DNA from: Gemmatales bacterium
Lineage (GTDB): Bacteria; Planctomycetota; Planctomycetia; Gemmatales; HRBIN36
Assembly (NCBI GenBank): GCA_041640595.1
Contig: JBEPZY010000001.1
Location: 608,001-672,000, forward strand
DNA length: 64,000 bases
Reading direction: 5' to 3'
Under the pieces are notes generated by a model that saw only the letters and a list, made by a program, of their open reading frames with translations, was not told the DNA's origin and ran no database searches. Both the position numbers and the translations under genes were made by a program. Every line of letters begins with the position of its first letter. The first letter of the stretch is position 1. Below are positions 1 to 9,650 of this stretch, one piece after another.

Positions 1-491
1 AGATTTAAACGGAGCCGGGAATAAGTAAGCTGACCTTCGTGTATAACTAAACCCGCGTCGGCTTCACCAGCGAGAACCGCGTCGAGAATGCGGTCGAACG
101 GCACGACCTTATAGGAAACCGGGCCGCCGCAATATAACTGCAAAGCTAAAAACGCCGTCGTGAGGGTCCCCGGCACCGCGATCGTTGTCTGTTGCAATTG
201 TGTATGAGGAACAGGTTGCCGGCTGACTACGATGGGACCGTAGTTTTCCCCCATACTGAAACCACTGGGCATTAGAAGATAGCGATCGGATATATAAGCG
301 TAAGCGTGTACACTAACCGCGGAGACCTCGAGTTCGCCGCGCATACAACGATGATTTAACGTTTCGATATCTTGCAATTCGTGCTCAATTTCCAGATGAC
401 CCGTATCAAGTTTTCCCTGGGTGAGAGCATAGAACATGAACGCATCATCAGCATCGGGGCTATGTCCGATTCGAATCCGCACAGGCTCCAC
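1..491 (-). CDS. mqnD: MqnA/MqnD-family protein, most likely 1,4-dihydroxy-6-naphthoate synthase (futalosine menaquinone pathway); 3' end runs off the window
   Basis: Not in the ORF track. Manual translation from GTG at 491 (RBS AAGGAGG at ~497-503) gives MEPVRIRIGHSPDADDAFMFYALTQG...DIETLN...YGPIVVS...IAVPGTLTTAFLAL...VPFDRI...GLVIHEGQLTY, the typical MqnD motifs. Confidence 0.85.
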   Translation of the reverse strand, partial: MEPVRIRIGHSPDADDAFMFYALTQGKLDTGHLEIEHELQDIETLNHRCMRGELEVSAVSVHAYAYISDRYLLMPSGFSMGENYGPIVVSRQPVPHTQLQQTTIAVPGTLTTAFLALQLYCGGPVSYKVVPFDRILDAVLAGEADAGLVIHEGQLTYSRLRLN

Positions 492-1041
492 TGGTGCCTC
501 CTTGTCGTCGTTTTCGCCAGTCGCGCAATTGTTCAAGATAGATCGCACGAATTTCTAGCAAATCGTCATCGTATCGGCCATCTTGAAAGTCCAGAAAGCT
601 CCATTCAAACATCCGATATTTACCGTCACGGAAACGGGCGATCATATCGGCCCAGATGCCAACAGACAGGTAAATTTTTTGACCGGCTCGTTTGCAGGAA
701 CCCAGAACGACTTTGTTATCGTCAAGATAACCGATGTCCACGTTAATGCGCCGATGGTCGTTTTCCGCTAAGCAGAGCTCCACGGCGTTGGTAAGGAGTT
801 TGCGCTCAACAAGCATGTCCGGCAAGTCCAGCGGTGCGAAACTAACTAGCCGGCGATACAGATGGGTGCCCATTTCCTGAGCGTAGTAATCTGTAACATC
901 GAAAGGATGATCGGCACCGTTGTAGTCAATTTTGCCCAAGCGGTTCTCCAAGAGATGCAGGGCCTGGTGCAAAACTTTCGCGTCGTTCCATAAAATGGCG
1001 GCGAAATACTTCACCGGTTCAGGAAGCTGCGGTTTAGCCAT
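460..1041 (-). CDS. DUF4416-family protein
   Basis: Motifs F..TDYY..EMG..L.R, K..TN..E, R.INVD.GY and FEWSF.DF. Probable ATG start at 1041 (MAKP); the gene overlaps both neighbours. Confidence 0.8.
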   Translation of the reverse strand: MAKPQLPEPVKYFAAILWNDAKVLHQALHLLENRLGKIDYNGADHPFDVTDYYAQEMGTHLYRRLVSFAPLDLPDMLVERKLLTNAVELCLAENDHRRINVDIGYLDDNKVVLGSCKRAGQKIYLSVGIWADMIARFRDGKYRMFEWSFLDFQDGRYDDDLLEIRAIYLEQLRDWRKRRQGGTSGACADSNRT

Positions 1042-1885
1042 GACGTTCTCCACGCCGTTTCCAGACCGCCAGAGCCCGATATACCACTTCAGGAGCGATT
1101 CCGAAGAGGCGGTGAATATGCTCCGCCAGCGATACCGGCGATAACTCCTGTCGCTCTACCCGGTAGAGCGTGCGCCTTTGCAGACGGTTACCCTTCAAGT
1201 AAATGTGCTCGCCGTTACAAACCCTGGTCAGCAGTGGATAGCGCATCATGTCCCAGTCGAATGATACGTCCCAAATGCGCACAAACTCGCTCCAATCCAC
1301 GGGGCTAGTTTTGAAGGTGATGCGATGTTGCTCCTGCCCTTGCGGGCTTGCTACGTAAAGGTCCACGTATCGCCCGTCCTGACGCGGACACAATCGCACC
1401 TTGTGGAAACTCGTGGGCAATAGAACTGGCTGGTCTCGGGGCAGAGGAATCGGGTCGGTGAGCAAAAAGCCGGGATCCAGAAGATGCGGTTGACCATCTC
1501 GCCAGAGTAACAACGCGCAGTGGGTATTCGGCCCATAGGGGCGATCGGCAAGAATCGGCTCCGCTTGCCAGCCAAGTTCGCGTAGCAGGTGCATAAGCGT
1601 AGCGGTCAGCGAAAAGCAGGTGCCACCGGTTCCCAGTCGAATGTGATCCGTGATTACTTCCTGTGGGTAACGGCGAGCTTCGGGAACACGGCCCCGCTCT
1701 GCCTCACAAACGACCTTGCTCAAATTTTCATACGGCAAATTGGTAAACGCGCGCACCACCTGCCGAAGCAAGGCATCCCGGTCTTGCTGCAGGTCCAGTC
1801 GAAAGTGTCGTGCGAATAATTGTAATGCCGGATCAGCCGGGTGCATGGCGTCGCTCGCGATAGAATTTTCTATACACTTTATCAT
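1034..1885 (-). CDS. Arylamine N-acetyltransferase (NAT) family protein
   Basis: LPYENL, GGTCF (catalytic Cys), THCAL (His) and LLDPG (Asp). The start may be at 1846. Confidence 0.8.
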   Translation of the reverse strand: MIKCIENSIASDAMHPADPALQLFARHFRLDLQQDRDALLRQVVRAFTNLPYENLSKVVCEAERGRVPEARRYPQEVITDHIRLGTGGTCFSLTATLMHLLRELGWQAEPILADRPYGPNTHCALLLWRDGQPHLLDPGFLLTDPIPLPRDQPVLLPTSFHKVRLCPRQDGRYVDLYVASPQGQEQHRITFKTSPVDWSEFVRIWDVSFDWDMMRYPLLTRVCNGEHIYLKGNRLQRRTLYRVERQELSPVSLAEHIHRLFGIAPEVVYRALAVWKRRGERHG

Positions 1886-2090
1886 ATACGGGAATTAGTG
1901 TGGCATCCGAATGGCGGCCCGGACGACAAAAGGGCCACGATTGGCAGATCGAAATTTGCCATTCGCAACAGGCTCAATTGCGGGCCTGTTAATAAGCAAC
2001 GACGTGATTTGTCGGAACCACCGCAAGAGCTTAGCGAAAAACAAGAGCGATAGCGAAGAGCAGAAGCAACGGAGCATCGGTTGGTAGCTT

Positions 2091-4556
2091 ATGACTGAAA
2101 CAGTGCGGTATTACTGGTGGGAATATGCAGCAAAAGGCGGATTAGTCGGTTTGCTGGCGGCAATCGCACTTGCCCCTGCGAACCCGATTGTTGCAGTTAC
2201 GCTGTACGGTTCTATCGTCGCTGGCTTTGTAGTCGCGATGACGATCGCCGGCTGGCACGCCCTGCGTCGTTCAAACCAGGGCATACGGGGCCGTTTCTGG
2301 CCATTTCTGTGTTACCTGATCCTGGAACGTCCGGGAGCGGTTTACGCCGGTGTTCTTGTGGGCTTACTGGCCGGCCTGACACTTTGCCTTTTCCTTGGCT
2401 GGTTACATAATTGGCACTGGCTTGCGTTAGCAGGTGTGCTTGGAGCTGCCGCAGGAGTGTTGTTTTCCCTATTTTTGGGTCTGCACAATCGCTGGTTACG
2501 CACGAGTACGGTTTTGATTAGTGCTGCTGTTGCTGCAGCCGGATTTATTACGGTCATCACGTGGTATCCGGAATGGCTTCCCATTCCGTCCCCGGCTTGG
2601 TTTGCCATGCATTTATTAGTCGCAGGTTTACTGGTACACATACTAAGCGTGGCTAGCCATTCTGAGGAGAGTGAGTTGGAATGCGGGCTAACCACTATTT
2701 TGATAGCCGTTTCGCTCTGGGTTCTCCTCCCGGAACGCTGGCGCTGGACTGGGTTGCTTCTCTCGATTTTGTGGTATGTACTGTACACCAGTCGGATTCT
2801 GTCACATGTACAAGTGCTGAAATATGTGCTTCGCGGGTGGAACTATAGCCAGTTGCGGCGTTATCGAGATGCATTACTTGCATTTCGACGAGCATTGGAA
2901 ATCGATCCCGACAATGGTTTTGCTCGGGAAGGTTTATGGCGAGTGCATCGGGAGCTTACTTCTGATCTGCTCGCTCAAAATGCCGAGTTACGAAGTTTAG
3001 TGCACCTGGATTTGTGTTTGCAGCGAGTAGCTGAGTTGCTCTTGCAGGGTCGCCCGACGGCAGAGGCTCTGGATGAGGCGAACAAATTGCTGCAGTTGGT
3101 GCTTGACCAGGACCCTAAACGTCGCTGGGAGGTGCTCTACTGGCGGGCTGTCGCTAACACTTATGCTGGATCGTACGATAGGGCCGCGGATGACCTGCGT
3201 GAGTTACTGGAGTCTTCGGCAGAAGACGACGCCTCTGTTTCTCGGGACGCGATTATTGTGCGTGCCTGGCACCTGGCTTTGCTTGCTCACCCGGAATTGA
3301 CCCGGCGCGTCGGCGAGCCATGCCTAGAAAAGCCAGGCAAGCGAATCCAGGCTATTGCTGAGGTTACCTCCGCGCTACGAAATCAGCCCGCCGACGAGCT
3401 TGCTTCCGAGGTCAAAAAACACCTTTACGCAGGCCTGAGTTTAGAAGAATTTGAAGTCGGTCGCAGGAACTATCCCGACCTTATCACAACGTTGGATTTC
3501 AACTACATATACAGCTTAGGTCACGAACTTTTTCAAACGGCTGAACAATGGCAACGAGGAGCGGAGTTCTTACACATGGCGGCTATTGGTATGCCGGACA
3601 AAGCACCTGCTATCTATCTCCAGTTGGGCCAGACTTATCAACAGCGTGGAGATGAGGCAAGGGCTTGTTATTATTTCGAGCAGGCCAAACTTGCAGCCCG
3701 AGAGATAGGATTAGAACAATTGCCGGCTGAGCAAAAGCAGGCGTATTTTCAAGCAGTGCAGACATTGGCACAGATCGCCTATCAACGCCAGGACATCGAT
3801 CGGGCAATTGAAAATTTCACACTGTTTGTGGAATCGCCACAGGCTGGCACCGATACCTTGCGTGTCATCACGGAGCTATACGAACGCAAAGGCGACGCGC
3901 TGTCAGCCTTAATCTGGAATGAAAAAGCCCTCAGCTTAGATGCTGGAAACGAGAATTTGTTAGAGCGTAAGCACAGGTACTACTATTCGGTTACACCGGA
4001 GCAGCTACTGAGTGAGCGTGAACGAGTGGAAAAGTATTTCGACGTTGAGTATTGTTTGCGCCAGGCCCGGTCGCTAGTGGAACTGCGCAATGCTGGGGAG
4101 CCTCAATTAGAGTGGGCACTGCACCTGGTGCGTTTGGTTCTAGCGCTGCAGCCGGACAATATCCGAGCTTTAGTATTGGCGGGTCGAATTTATCATCGAA
4201 TCGGCAACGAAGAAGAAGCAGCCCATTATTTTGAGCGTGCGCGAGCAGCTAAGCAAGAAAGCTTCGCCAGCCGGGAAGAAGAGGAAGCCTGGTACTATGC
4301 GACGGTGCGCTTAGGAGATTACTATTTATACACAGCGCGTAAGCCGGACTTGGCACTGATCTGTTACAATGATTATCGCCGTTCGCCGAAAAGCGGTGCG
4401 GATACGCTTTTCAAGATGGGGCAATGCTATGAACAACTGGGTGACGTGCTTCGGGCTGCTAAGTGTTATCAGGCCGTTACCGCTTACGATCATCCGTTAG
4501 CCGGTGAGGCCTATGCAGCATTAGCACGCTTAGAAACCAGCAACCCATCAACGTAA
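2091..4556 (+). CDS. Multi-pass membrane protein with a long C-terminal TPR region
   Basis: About 230 hydrophobic N-terminal residues, then TPR-like repeats (ALLAFRRALEIDPDN, KALSLDAGN, VLALQPDNIRAL, LFKMGQCYEQLGD). Confidence 0.75.
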   Translation: MTETVRYYWWEYAAKGGLVGLLAAIALAPANPIVAVTLYGSIVAGFVVAMTIAGWHALRRSNQGIRGRFWPFLCYLILERPGAVYAGVLVGLLAGLTLCLFLGWLHNWHWLALAGVLGAAAGVLFSLFLGLHNRWLRTSTVLISAAVAAAGFITVITWYPEWLPIPSPAWFAMHLLVAGLLVHILSVASHSEESELECGLTTILIAVSLWVLLPERWRWTGLLLSILWYVLYTSRILSHVQVLKYVLRGWNYSQLRRYRDALLAFRRALEIDPDNGFAREGLWRVHRELTSDLLAQNAELRSLVHLDLCLQRVAELLLQGRPTAEALDEANKLLQLVLDQDPKRRWEVLYWRAVANTYAGSYDRAADDLRELLESSAEDDASVSRDAIIVRAWHLALLAHPELTRRVGEPCLEKPGKRIQAIAEVTSALRNQPADELASEVKKHLYAGLSLEEFEVGRRNYPDLITTLDFNYIYSLGHELFQTAEQWQRGAEFLHMAAIGMPDKAPAIYLQLGQTYQQRGDEARACYYFEQAKLAAREIGLEQLPAEQKQAYFQAVQTLAQIAYQRQDIDRAIENFTLFVESPQAGTDTLRVITELYERKGDALSALIWNEKALSLDAGNENLLERKHRYYYSVTPEQLLSERERVEKYFDVEYCLRQARSLVELRNAGEPQLEWALHLVRLVLALQPDNIRALVLAGRIYHRIGNEEEAAHYFERARAAKQESFASREEEEAWYYATVRLGDYYLYTARKPDLALICYNDYRRSPKSGADTLFKMGQCYEQLGDVLRAAKCYQAVTAYDHPLAGEAYAALARLETSNPST

Positions 4557-6698
4557 GTTGGCAGGTCGCATATCTAGCACTTTCACCAGGAACGCCCATT
4601 GGTCGGCTATCTCTTCAATGAGCTTAGACGTTGGTTTCCCCGCGCCGTGACCCGCACGAGTTTCTATGCGTATTAGAACCGGCGCATCACCCGCTTGCAT
4701 GGCCTGTAAGGCAGCAGCGAACTTGAAACTGTGGGCAGGGACAACGCGATCATCTGTGTCCGCTGTAGTGATCAGGGTCGCTGGATATGCCCGCTTGCCT
4801 TGCCGCAGCAACACGTGATAAGGTGAGTAAGCGTATAGGGCCTTGAATTCTTCGGGATTGTCCGGTGAACCATAATCATCTACCCAATAGCGACCAGCGG
4901 TAAACTTATGGAATCGGAGCATGTCCATCACACCTACGGCAGGCAGACAGGCGCCAAACAGGTCCGGTCTTTGGGTCATACAGGCGCCAACTAACAAGCC
5001 GCCATTCGAGCCGCCTTGAATGGCCAGTTTCGCCGGGCGCGTGTATTTATTAGCGATAAGCCACTCTGCCGCGGCGATGAAGTCGTCAAAAACGTTCTGC
5101 TTGTTCAGCTTTGTACCGGCCTGATGCCACTTTTCGCCGTATTCCCCACCGCCACGCAAGTTGGGCATAGCGAACACTCCGCCCATCTCCATCCATAATA
5201 AGCGGCTGATAGAGAAGCTGGGCGTCAACGAAATATTGAATCCACCATATCCGTATAAGAGCGTTGGATTATTGCCGTCGAGTTGGATACCTTTTTTGTG
5301 AGCAATAAACATAGGTATGCGGGTACCATCCTTGCTATGATAGAACACCTGCTTTACCTCATAATCCTGGGGCCCGAAATCAACCCGCGCTTGTCTAAAC
5401 ACTGTGCTCTTGCCGGTAATTAGATCGTAGTGGAAAATGGTAGGCGGCGTCGCGAAGCTGGAAAAGGTATAGAAAGTTTCTGTATCACACCGTTTGCCGG
5501 TAAACCCGGTAACGGAGCCTATACCTGGGAGTTCGACATCCCGCACGTGCCGACCGTTAATATCGTAAATGCGAACCAGGCTTTTGGCATCCTGCAAGTA
5601 AGTCACGACGAACAGATTGCCGACAAGGGAAGCCGAGGTCATCGTGTGTTCCGTTTGCGGCACGATTTCCCGGTAGTTTTGCGGCTGGGGCTTGCGCAGG
5701 TCAATTGCGATAATTCGTCCTCGAGGAGCGTGCAAATCGGTTTTGAAATAAAAGACCGGCCCGTCGTTACCTAGGAAAGTGTATTCATTTTCGAATTGGT
5801 CTATGAGTGGAACGGGCAGACCATAAGGTTCCGTTAGGTCCTTATAGTAAATGCGATATTTGTCGTCTGTGCCCTTATAAATCGTAAGCACTAAATATCG
5901 CCCATCTTCTGTAACTTCGGGAATAAACCCCCATTCGGGCTGGTCGGGACGAACATAAACAAGGATGTCTTCACTCTGTGGTGTGCCCAGCCGATGGTAG
6001 TAAACCTTTTGGTTCAGATTGAGACTTTGAAATTCCTGACCCGGTTTCGGCTCGTCAAAACGACTATAGAAAAATCCGCGATTATCAGCCGTCCAGGCGA
6101 TGTGCGTGAATTTAGTCCACCTGATTGTATCCTCCAAGTTTCGTCCGGTATCTATATCGAGAATTTTCCAGGTGCGCCAGTCGGAGCCGGCCTCTTGCAC
6201 TCCATAAGCGAGATATCGGCCATTGGGACTGATTTCGATATCCGCTAAAGCAACGGTGCCGTCCTTGGACCACGTATTCGGGTCTAATAGCATACGTGGC
6301 GAGCCGTCGAGTTTTTCAAGCATGTAAAGAACATACTGATTTTGAAGGCCGTCATTGCGTTGATAGAAGTAACGCCCAGCAACCTTGAATGGCGTCGTGT
6401 ACTTTTCAAAATTCCACAGCCGGGTCAGGCGTTCGCGGATAGCTTTCCGTTCCGGGATGCTTTCCAGGAAGGCGAAAGTTACTTTATTTTGAGCTTCAAC
6501 CCACGCAGCGACCTCTGGAGATTTCCTGACATCCTCTTCCAGCCAGCGGTAGGGATCGGGCACCTTGATGCCGTGATAGGTGTCATAATGTTCCACCTGT
6601 TTCGTCTCCGGGTAGCGGATTTTAGGCTGAGCAGCCAGAGCCGCGGTCATCGTACAGGCCAGCATTGCCGCAAGTGTCCGCCGTAATTTGGGACTCAT
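4548..6698 (-). CDS. Secreted prolyl oligopeptidase (S9A)
   Basis: DPYRWLE, GGSNGG (Ser), DDRV (Asp) and AGHGAG (His). A signal peptide follows the ATG at 6698. Confidence 0.93.
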   Translation of the reverse strand: MSPKLRRTLAAMLACTMTAALAAQPKIRYPETKQVEHYDTYHGIKVPDPYRWLEEDVRKSPEVAAWVEAQNKVTFAFLESIPERKAIRERLTRLWNFEKYTTPFKVAGRYFYQRNDGLQNQYVLYMLEKLDGSPRMLLDPNTWSKDGTVALADIEISPNGRYLAYGVQEAGSDWRTWKILDIDTGRNLEDTIRWTKFTHIAWTADNRGFFYSRFDEPKPGQEFQSLNLNQKVYYHRLGTPQSEDILVYVRPDQPEWGFIPEVTEDGRYLVLTIYKGTDDKYRIYYKDLTEPYGLPVPLIDQFENEYTFLGNDGPVFYFKTDLHAPRGRIIAIDLRKPQPQNYREIVPQTEHTMTSASLVGNLFVVTYLQDAKSLVRIYDINGRHVRDVELPGIGSVTGFTGKRCDTETFYTFSSFATPPTIFHYDLITGKSTVFRQARVDFGPQDYEVKQVFYHSKDGTRIPMFIAHKKGIQLDGNNPTLLYGYGGFNISLTPSFSISRLLWMEMGGVFAMPNLRGGGEYGEKWHQAGTKLNKQNVFDDFIAAAEWLIANKYTRPAKLAIQGGSNGGLLVGACMTQRPDLFGACLPAVGVMDMLRFHKFTAGRYWVDDYGSPDNPEEFKALYAYSPYHVLLRQGKRAYPATLITTADTDDRVVPAHSFKFAAALQAMQAGDAPVLIRIETRAGHGAGKPTSKLIEEIADQWAFLVKVLDMRPANLR

Positions 6699-6961
6699 AG
6701 CATTGCTCCGTGTAAGCAATCCAGCTAAGTCGCGCCATAATATATTGTAGGAATAAAAGCGATCTATGCTTCGGCCACTCGGAGGAAGCTTTCGTTTGGA
6801 GCGCACCGTCAGGAATCTGTTAAGCAAAATCGGCGAGCCAATGGGGCGACGTAAACGAGTTATGGAGTGCATGCCAAGCTAAGTGGCTACACGGCTGTTG
6901 AATCGCATACTGACGTCCGCAGGGCAGAGCAGGGCGGCGAACTATTACCCAAAGACTGTGG

Positions 6962-8248
6962 CTAGATAACGGTGTTATCGGGAATGGCGACCCCTTTGGG
7001 AATGACAATGATGCCGTCGCGGATGACGTAGTTAGGCCCCTCCAAGTCTTGTAAACCGGCCTCGTTGACAATGCGCACATTACGACCAATGCGGCAGTCC
7101 TTGTCAATGATGGCGCGTTCGATCACGCTGTTCTCGCCGATACCGATATCCGGAATGCCCAGCTGGCGATTGCGCTGTTTTTCTTCCTGGGTTTCATAGC
7201 GATCCGCACCGATGACAATGGTATCGCGCAGATAGACATTGCGTCCGAGTTGCGTCCGTACTCCAATGACGCTGCGAACAAGTTTCGCCCCTTCCTGAAC
7301 AAGGCAGCCATCACTGATCAGGCAGTTTTCGACACTTGCCCCCAGCACGCGGGAAGCCGGGAGAAAACGCATCCGTGTGTAAATCACGCCCTCAGGACTG
7401 TGGAATTCGAACGGAGGTTCGGGGCCGCACAGTGCGAGCGTTGCCTGATGATACGCTTTGATGGTGCCTAAATCCTCCCAGTAACCGTCAAAGAGAAACG
7501 CCTGGACACGGTATTTGCGATAACTGTTAGGAAACACGTCTTTACCGAAGTCCGTGTAGGGCGGCCGCACCTGAAGGACTTCGAAAAGCACCTCGCGGCG
7601 AAACAGATAGATGCCCATGCTCGCTAGGAAGTGTCGCCCTTGTGGTCTGATCCCCAGCCGTTCCATCCAGGCGGGATCTGTACGCAAGCGGTCAAGCTGC
7701 TCAGGTCGGGAAGGCTTTTCAACGAAATCAATGACTCGCCCTTCAGCATCGAGTCGGAGAATGCCGAACTGGCGAGCGTTTTCCTCGCGGGTCGGAATCA
7801 CTGACACGGTAATGTCAGCCGCCGTACGACGATGCAGTTCGAGCATCCGGCGAAAGTCCATGCGGTAAAGCTGGTCGCCCGCCAGGATGAGAACATCGCG
7901 AATGTGATCATCCTGCAAGTAACGGAGGTTTTGACGAACTGCGTCAGCGGTGCCCTGGTACCAGTCGGCCGACTCAATGGTCTGCTGGGCGGCGAGGATC
8001 TCGACAAACCCACCGTGAAAGGGGTCCATCTTATAGGTGTTGGAAATGTGCCGATGCAGACTCACGCTCAAAAACTGCGTGAGCACATAAATCTGGTTCA
8101 AGCCGCTGTTGATGCAGTTGCTGATGGGAATGTCGATGAGACGATATTTTCCAGCCAGCGGAACTGCCGGTTTGCTCCGATGTTTGGTAAGCGGATAGAG
8201 CCGGGTTCCACGACCGCCTCCTAAAATCATGCAGACGACATCACGCAT
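6962..8248 (-). CDS. glgC: Glucose-1-phosphate adenylyltransferase
   Basis: GGGRGTRLYPLT, KPAV, WYQGTADAVRQN, FVEKP, ASMGIY, DFG and YWEDLGT. Confidence 0.96.
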   Translation of the reverse strand: MRDVVCMILGGGRGTRLYPLTKHRSKPAVPLAGKYRLIDIPISNCINSGLNQIYVLTQFLSVSLHRHISNTYKMDPFHGGFVEILAAQQTIESADWYQGTADAVRQNLRYLQDDHIRDVLILAGDQLYRMDFRRMLELHRRTAADITVSVIPTREENARQFGILRLDAEGRVIDFVEKPSRPEQLDRLRTDPAWMERLGIRPQGRHFLASMGIYLFRREVLFEVLQVRPPYTDFGKDVFPNSYRKYRVQAFLFDGYWEDLGTIKAYHQATLALCGPEPPFEFHSPEGVIYTRMRFLPASRVLGASVENCLISDGCLVQEGAKLVRSVIGVRTQLGRNVYLRDTIVIGADRYETQEEKQRNRQLGIPDIGIGENSVIERAIIDKDCRIGRNVRIVNEAGLQDLEGPNYVIRDGIIVIPKGVAIPDNTVI

Positions 8249-8348
8249 GGTTTACCTTGAAGATTTACGAGCCGGTGTTGAAAATACGTTCGCCGTGGCA
8301 ATTCGTAAAAAATTGTAGGAAACCGCGAAGCGAGCAACAGCGCTCAAA

Positions 8349-9521
8349 ATGACCCGATGCCACTTGGGACTGATTGGGAATCACCTCTGGGGTCGGCAAA
8401 TAGCCAAGGCACTGACCGCGAGCGGAGCATGTTTGCGTGCGTGCGCCGGACCCCCTGAGCTGGGTGTCTGGGCTGCGACAACTAATCCCCACGTGGAGGT
8501 TTTTGCGGATGCTAGCAGTGTCATAACTCATCCCGAGGTGGATTTGCTGATTGTGGCAGACGATTTGCCCTACCGTAGCCAGTTGCTGTCTGAAGCTGTA
8601 CAGTTGGAGCGGAACATCCTGGTTGTGCACCCGGCGGATACTCAACCAGAGTTTTTTTACGTTATCCAGCTAGCCTACCAGGAACGGCGATTTTCTCTCT
8701 GGCCAGTTCTACCGCACCGGTTTTCCGAGGGATGTAGAAAAGTCATGGCCTGGCTCAACTCGCTAAGACGCTCGCAAAGCTGGCATCTGGAAGCTACGGT
8801 GCCGCTTTTCGCAAGCAGCATCACGGCCGGCGGCGTGCCTGCGCCGCTGGCTTCCAGGTCAGAACCATTGTTTGGGGAGAGCCATCCCCTGTGGTTCTGG
8901 GCTGATTGGCTACGCTTGCTGGGAGGCGAGGTAGCCGAGGTCTATGCCATCGGCGCCCCAACCGGCCTGGTTGCTGCCGACTGCTCGCTCACACTGACTG
9001 GACGATGGGAACGCGGCGGGGATTTTGTGATGCGCTTTGCCCCAGGCTTGGCCGAAGGATTTTGTCTGCAAGTGGGCGACGCTCGGCTGGAGTGGCACGG
9101 ACCGACCGTAGTGCCTGGTGAAGTTAGCCTGCACTGGCAGGTGGGCCCACGTGCGGAGAGTTGCCAGATTTGTGAAAACACAGTGTGGGAACGCCTGGCA
9201 CGCCGGATACTGAGCGGTGAAACGGAAGAGGTATCTGCACCGACGTGGGACGATGCTGTGAAATGTGCCGAACTGGTTCATGCTGTCACTGAGAGTCTCC
9301 GTTCGCGTAAAACTGTTCCGCTCCTGCACCAGGATTATTCAGAACCGGCGGTCTTCAAGAGTCGTGCTGCGACCCTGGGCTGTGGTGCATTGTGGTTGGT
9401 TCTGGGACTGGTCCTACTCGCCCCGCTATTTCCGCAGGTGCTTTACCTGGTTCCGATTGTGCTGGCATGCTGTTTAGCAATGTTTTTGCTTGGTTGGCTG
9501 GCTTACCGTCGCTCAGACTGA
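8349..9521 (+). CDS. Divergent Gfo/Idh/MocA-like protein with C-terminal transmembrane helices
   Basis: Rossmann-like N-terminus (LGLIG..., HPEVDLLIVA). The EKP motif position reads VHP. Two hydrophobic C-terminal segments. Confidence 0.55.
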   Translation: MTRCHLGLIGNHLWGRQIAKALTASGACLRACAGPPELGVWAATTNPHVEVFADASSVITHPEVDLLIVADDLPYRSQLLSEAVQLERNILVVHPADTQPEFFYVIQLAYQERRFSLWPVLPHRFSEGCRKVMAWLNSLRRSQSWHLEATVPLFASSITAGGVPAPLASRSEPLFGESHPLWFWADWLRLLGGEVAEVYAIGAPTGLVAADCSLTLTGRWERGGDFVMRFAPGLAEGFCLQVGDARLEWHGPTVVPGEVSLHWQVGPRAESCQICENTVWERLARRILSGETEEVSAPTWDDAVKCAELVHAVTESLRSRKTVPLLHQDYSEPAVFKSRAATLGCGALWLVLGLVLLAPLFPQVLYLVPIVLACCLAMFLLGWLAYRRSD

Positions 9522-9650
9522 ACAAAAGCGGCGCTGGTCTTACTTGAACCACGCTGAAGACCATGCCAGGTTTGACATTGGCAAGAATGGACTGATCTGC
9601 GAATAATAACTCTGCTGGGCAAAAACTGGAAATCGGTCAGGGAAACAGTT

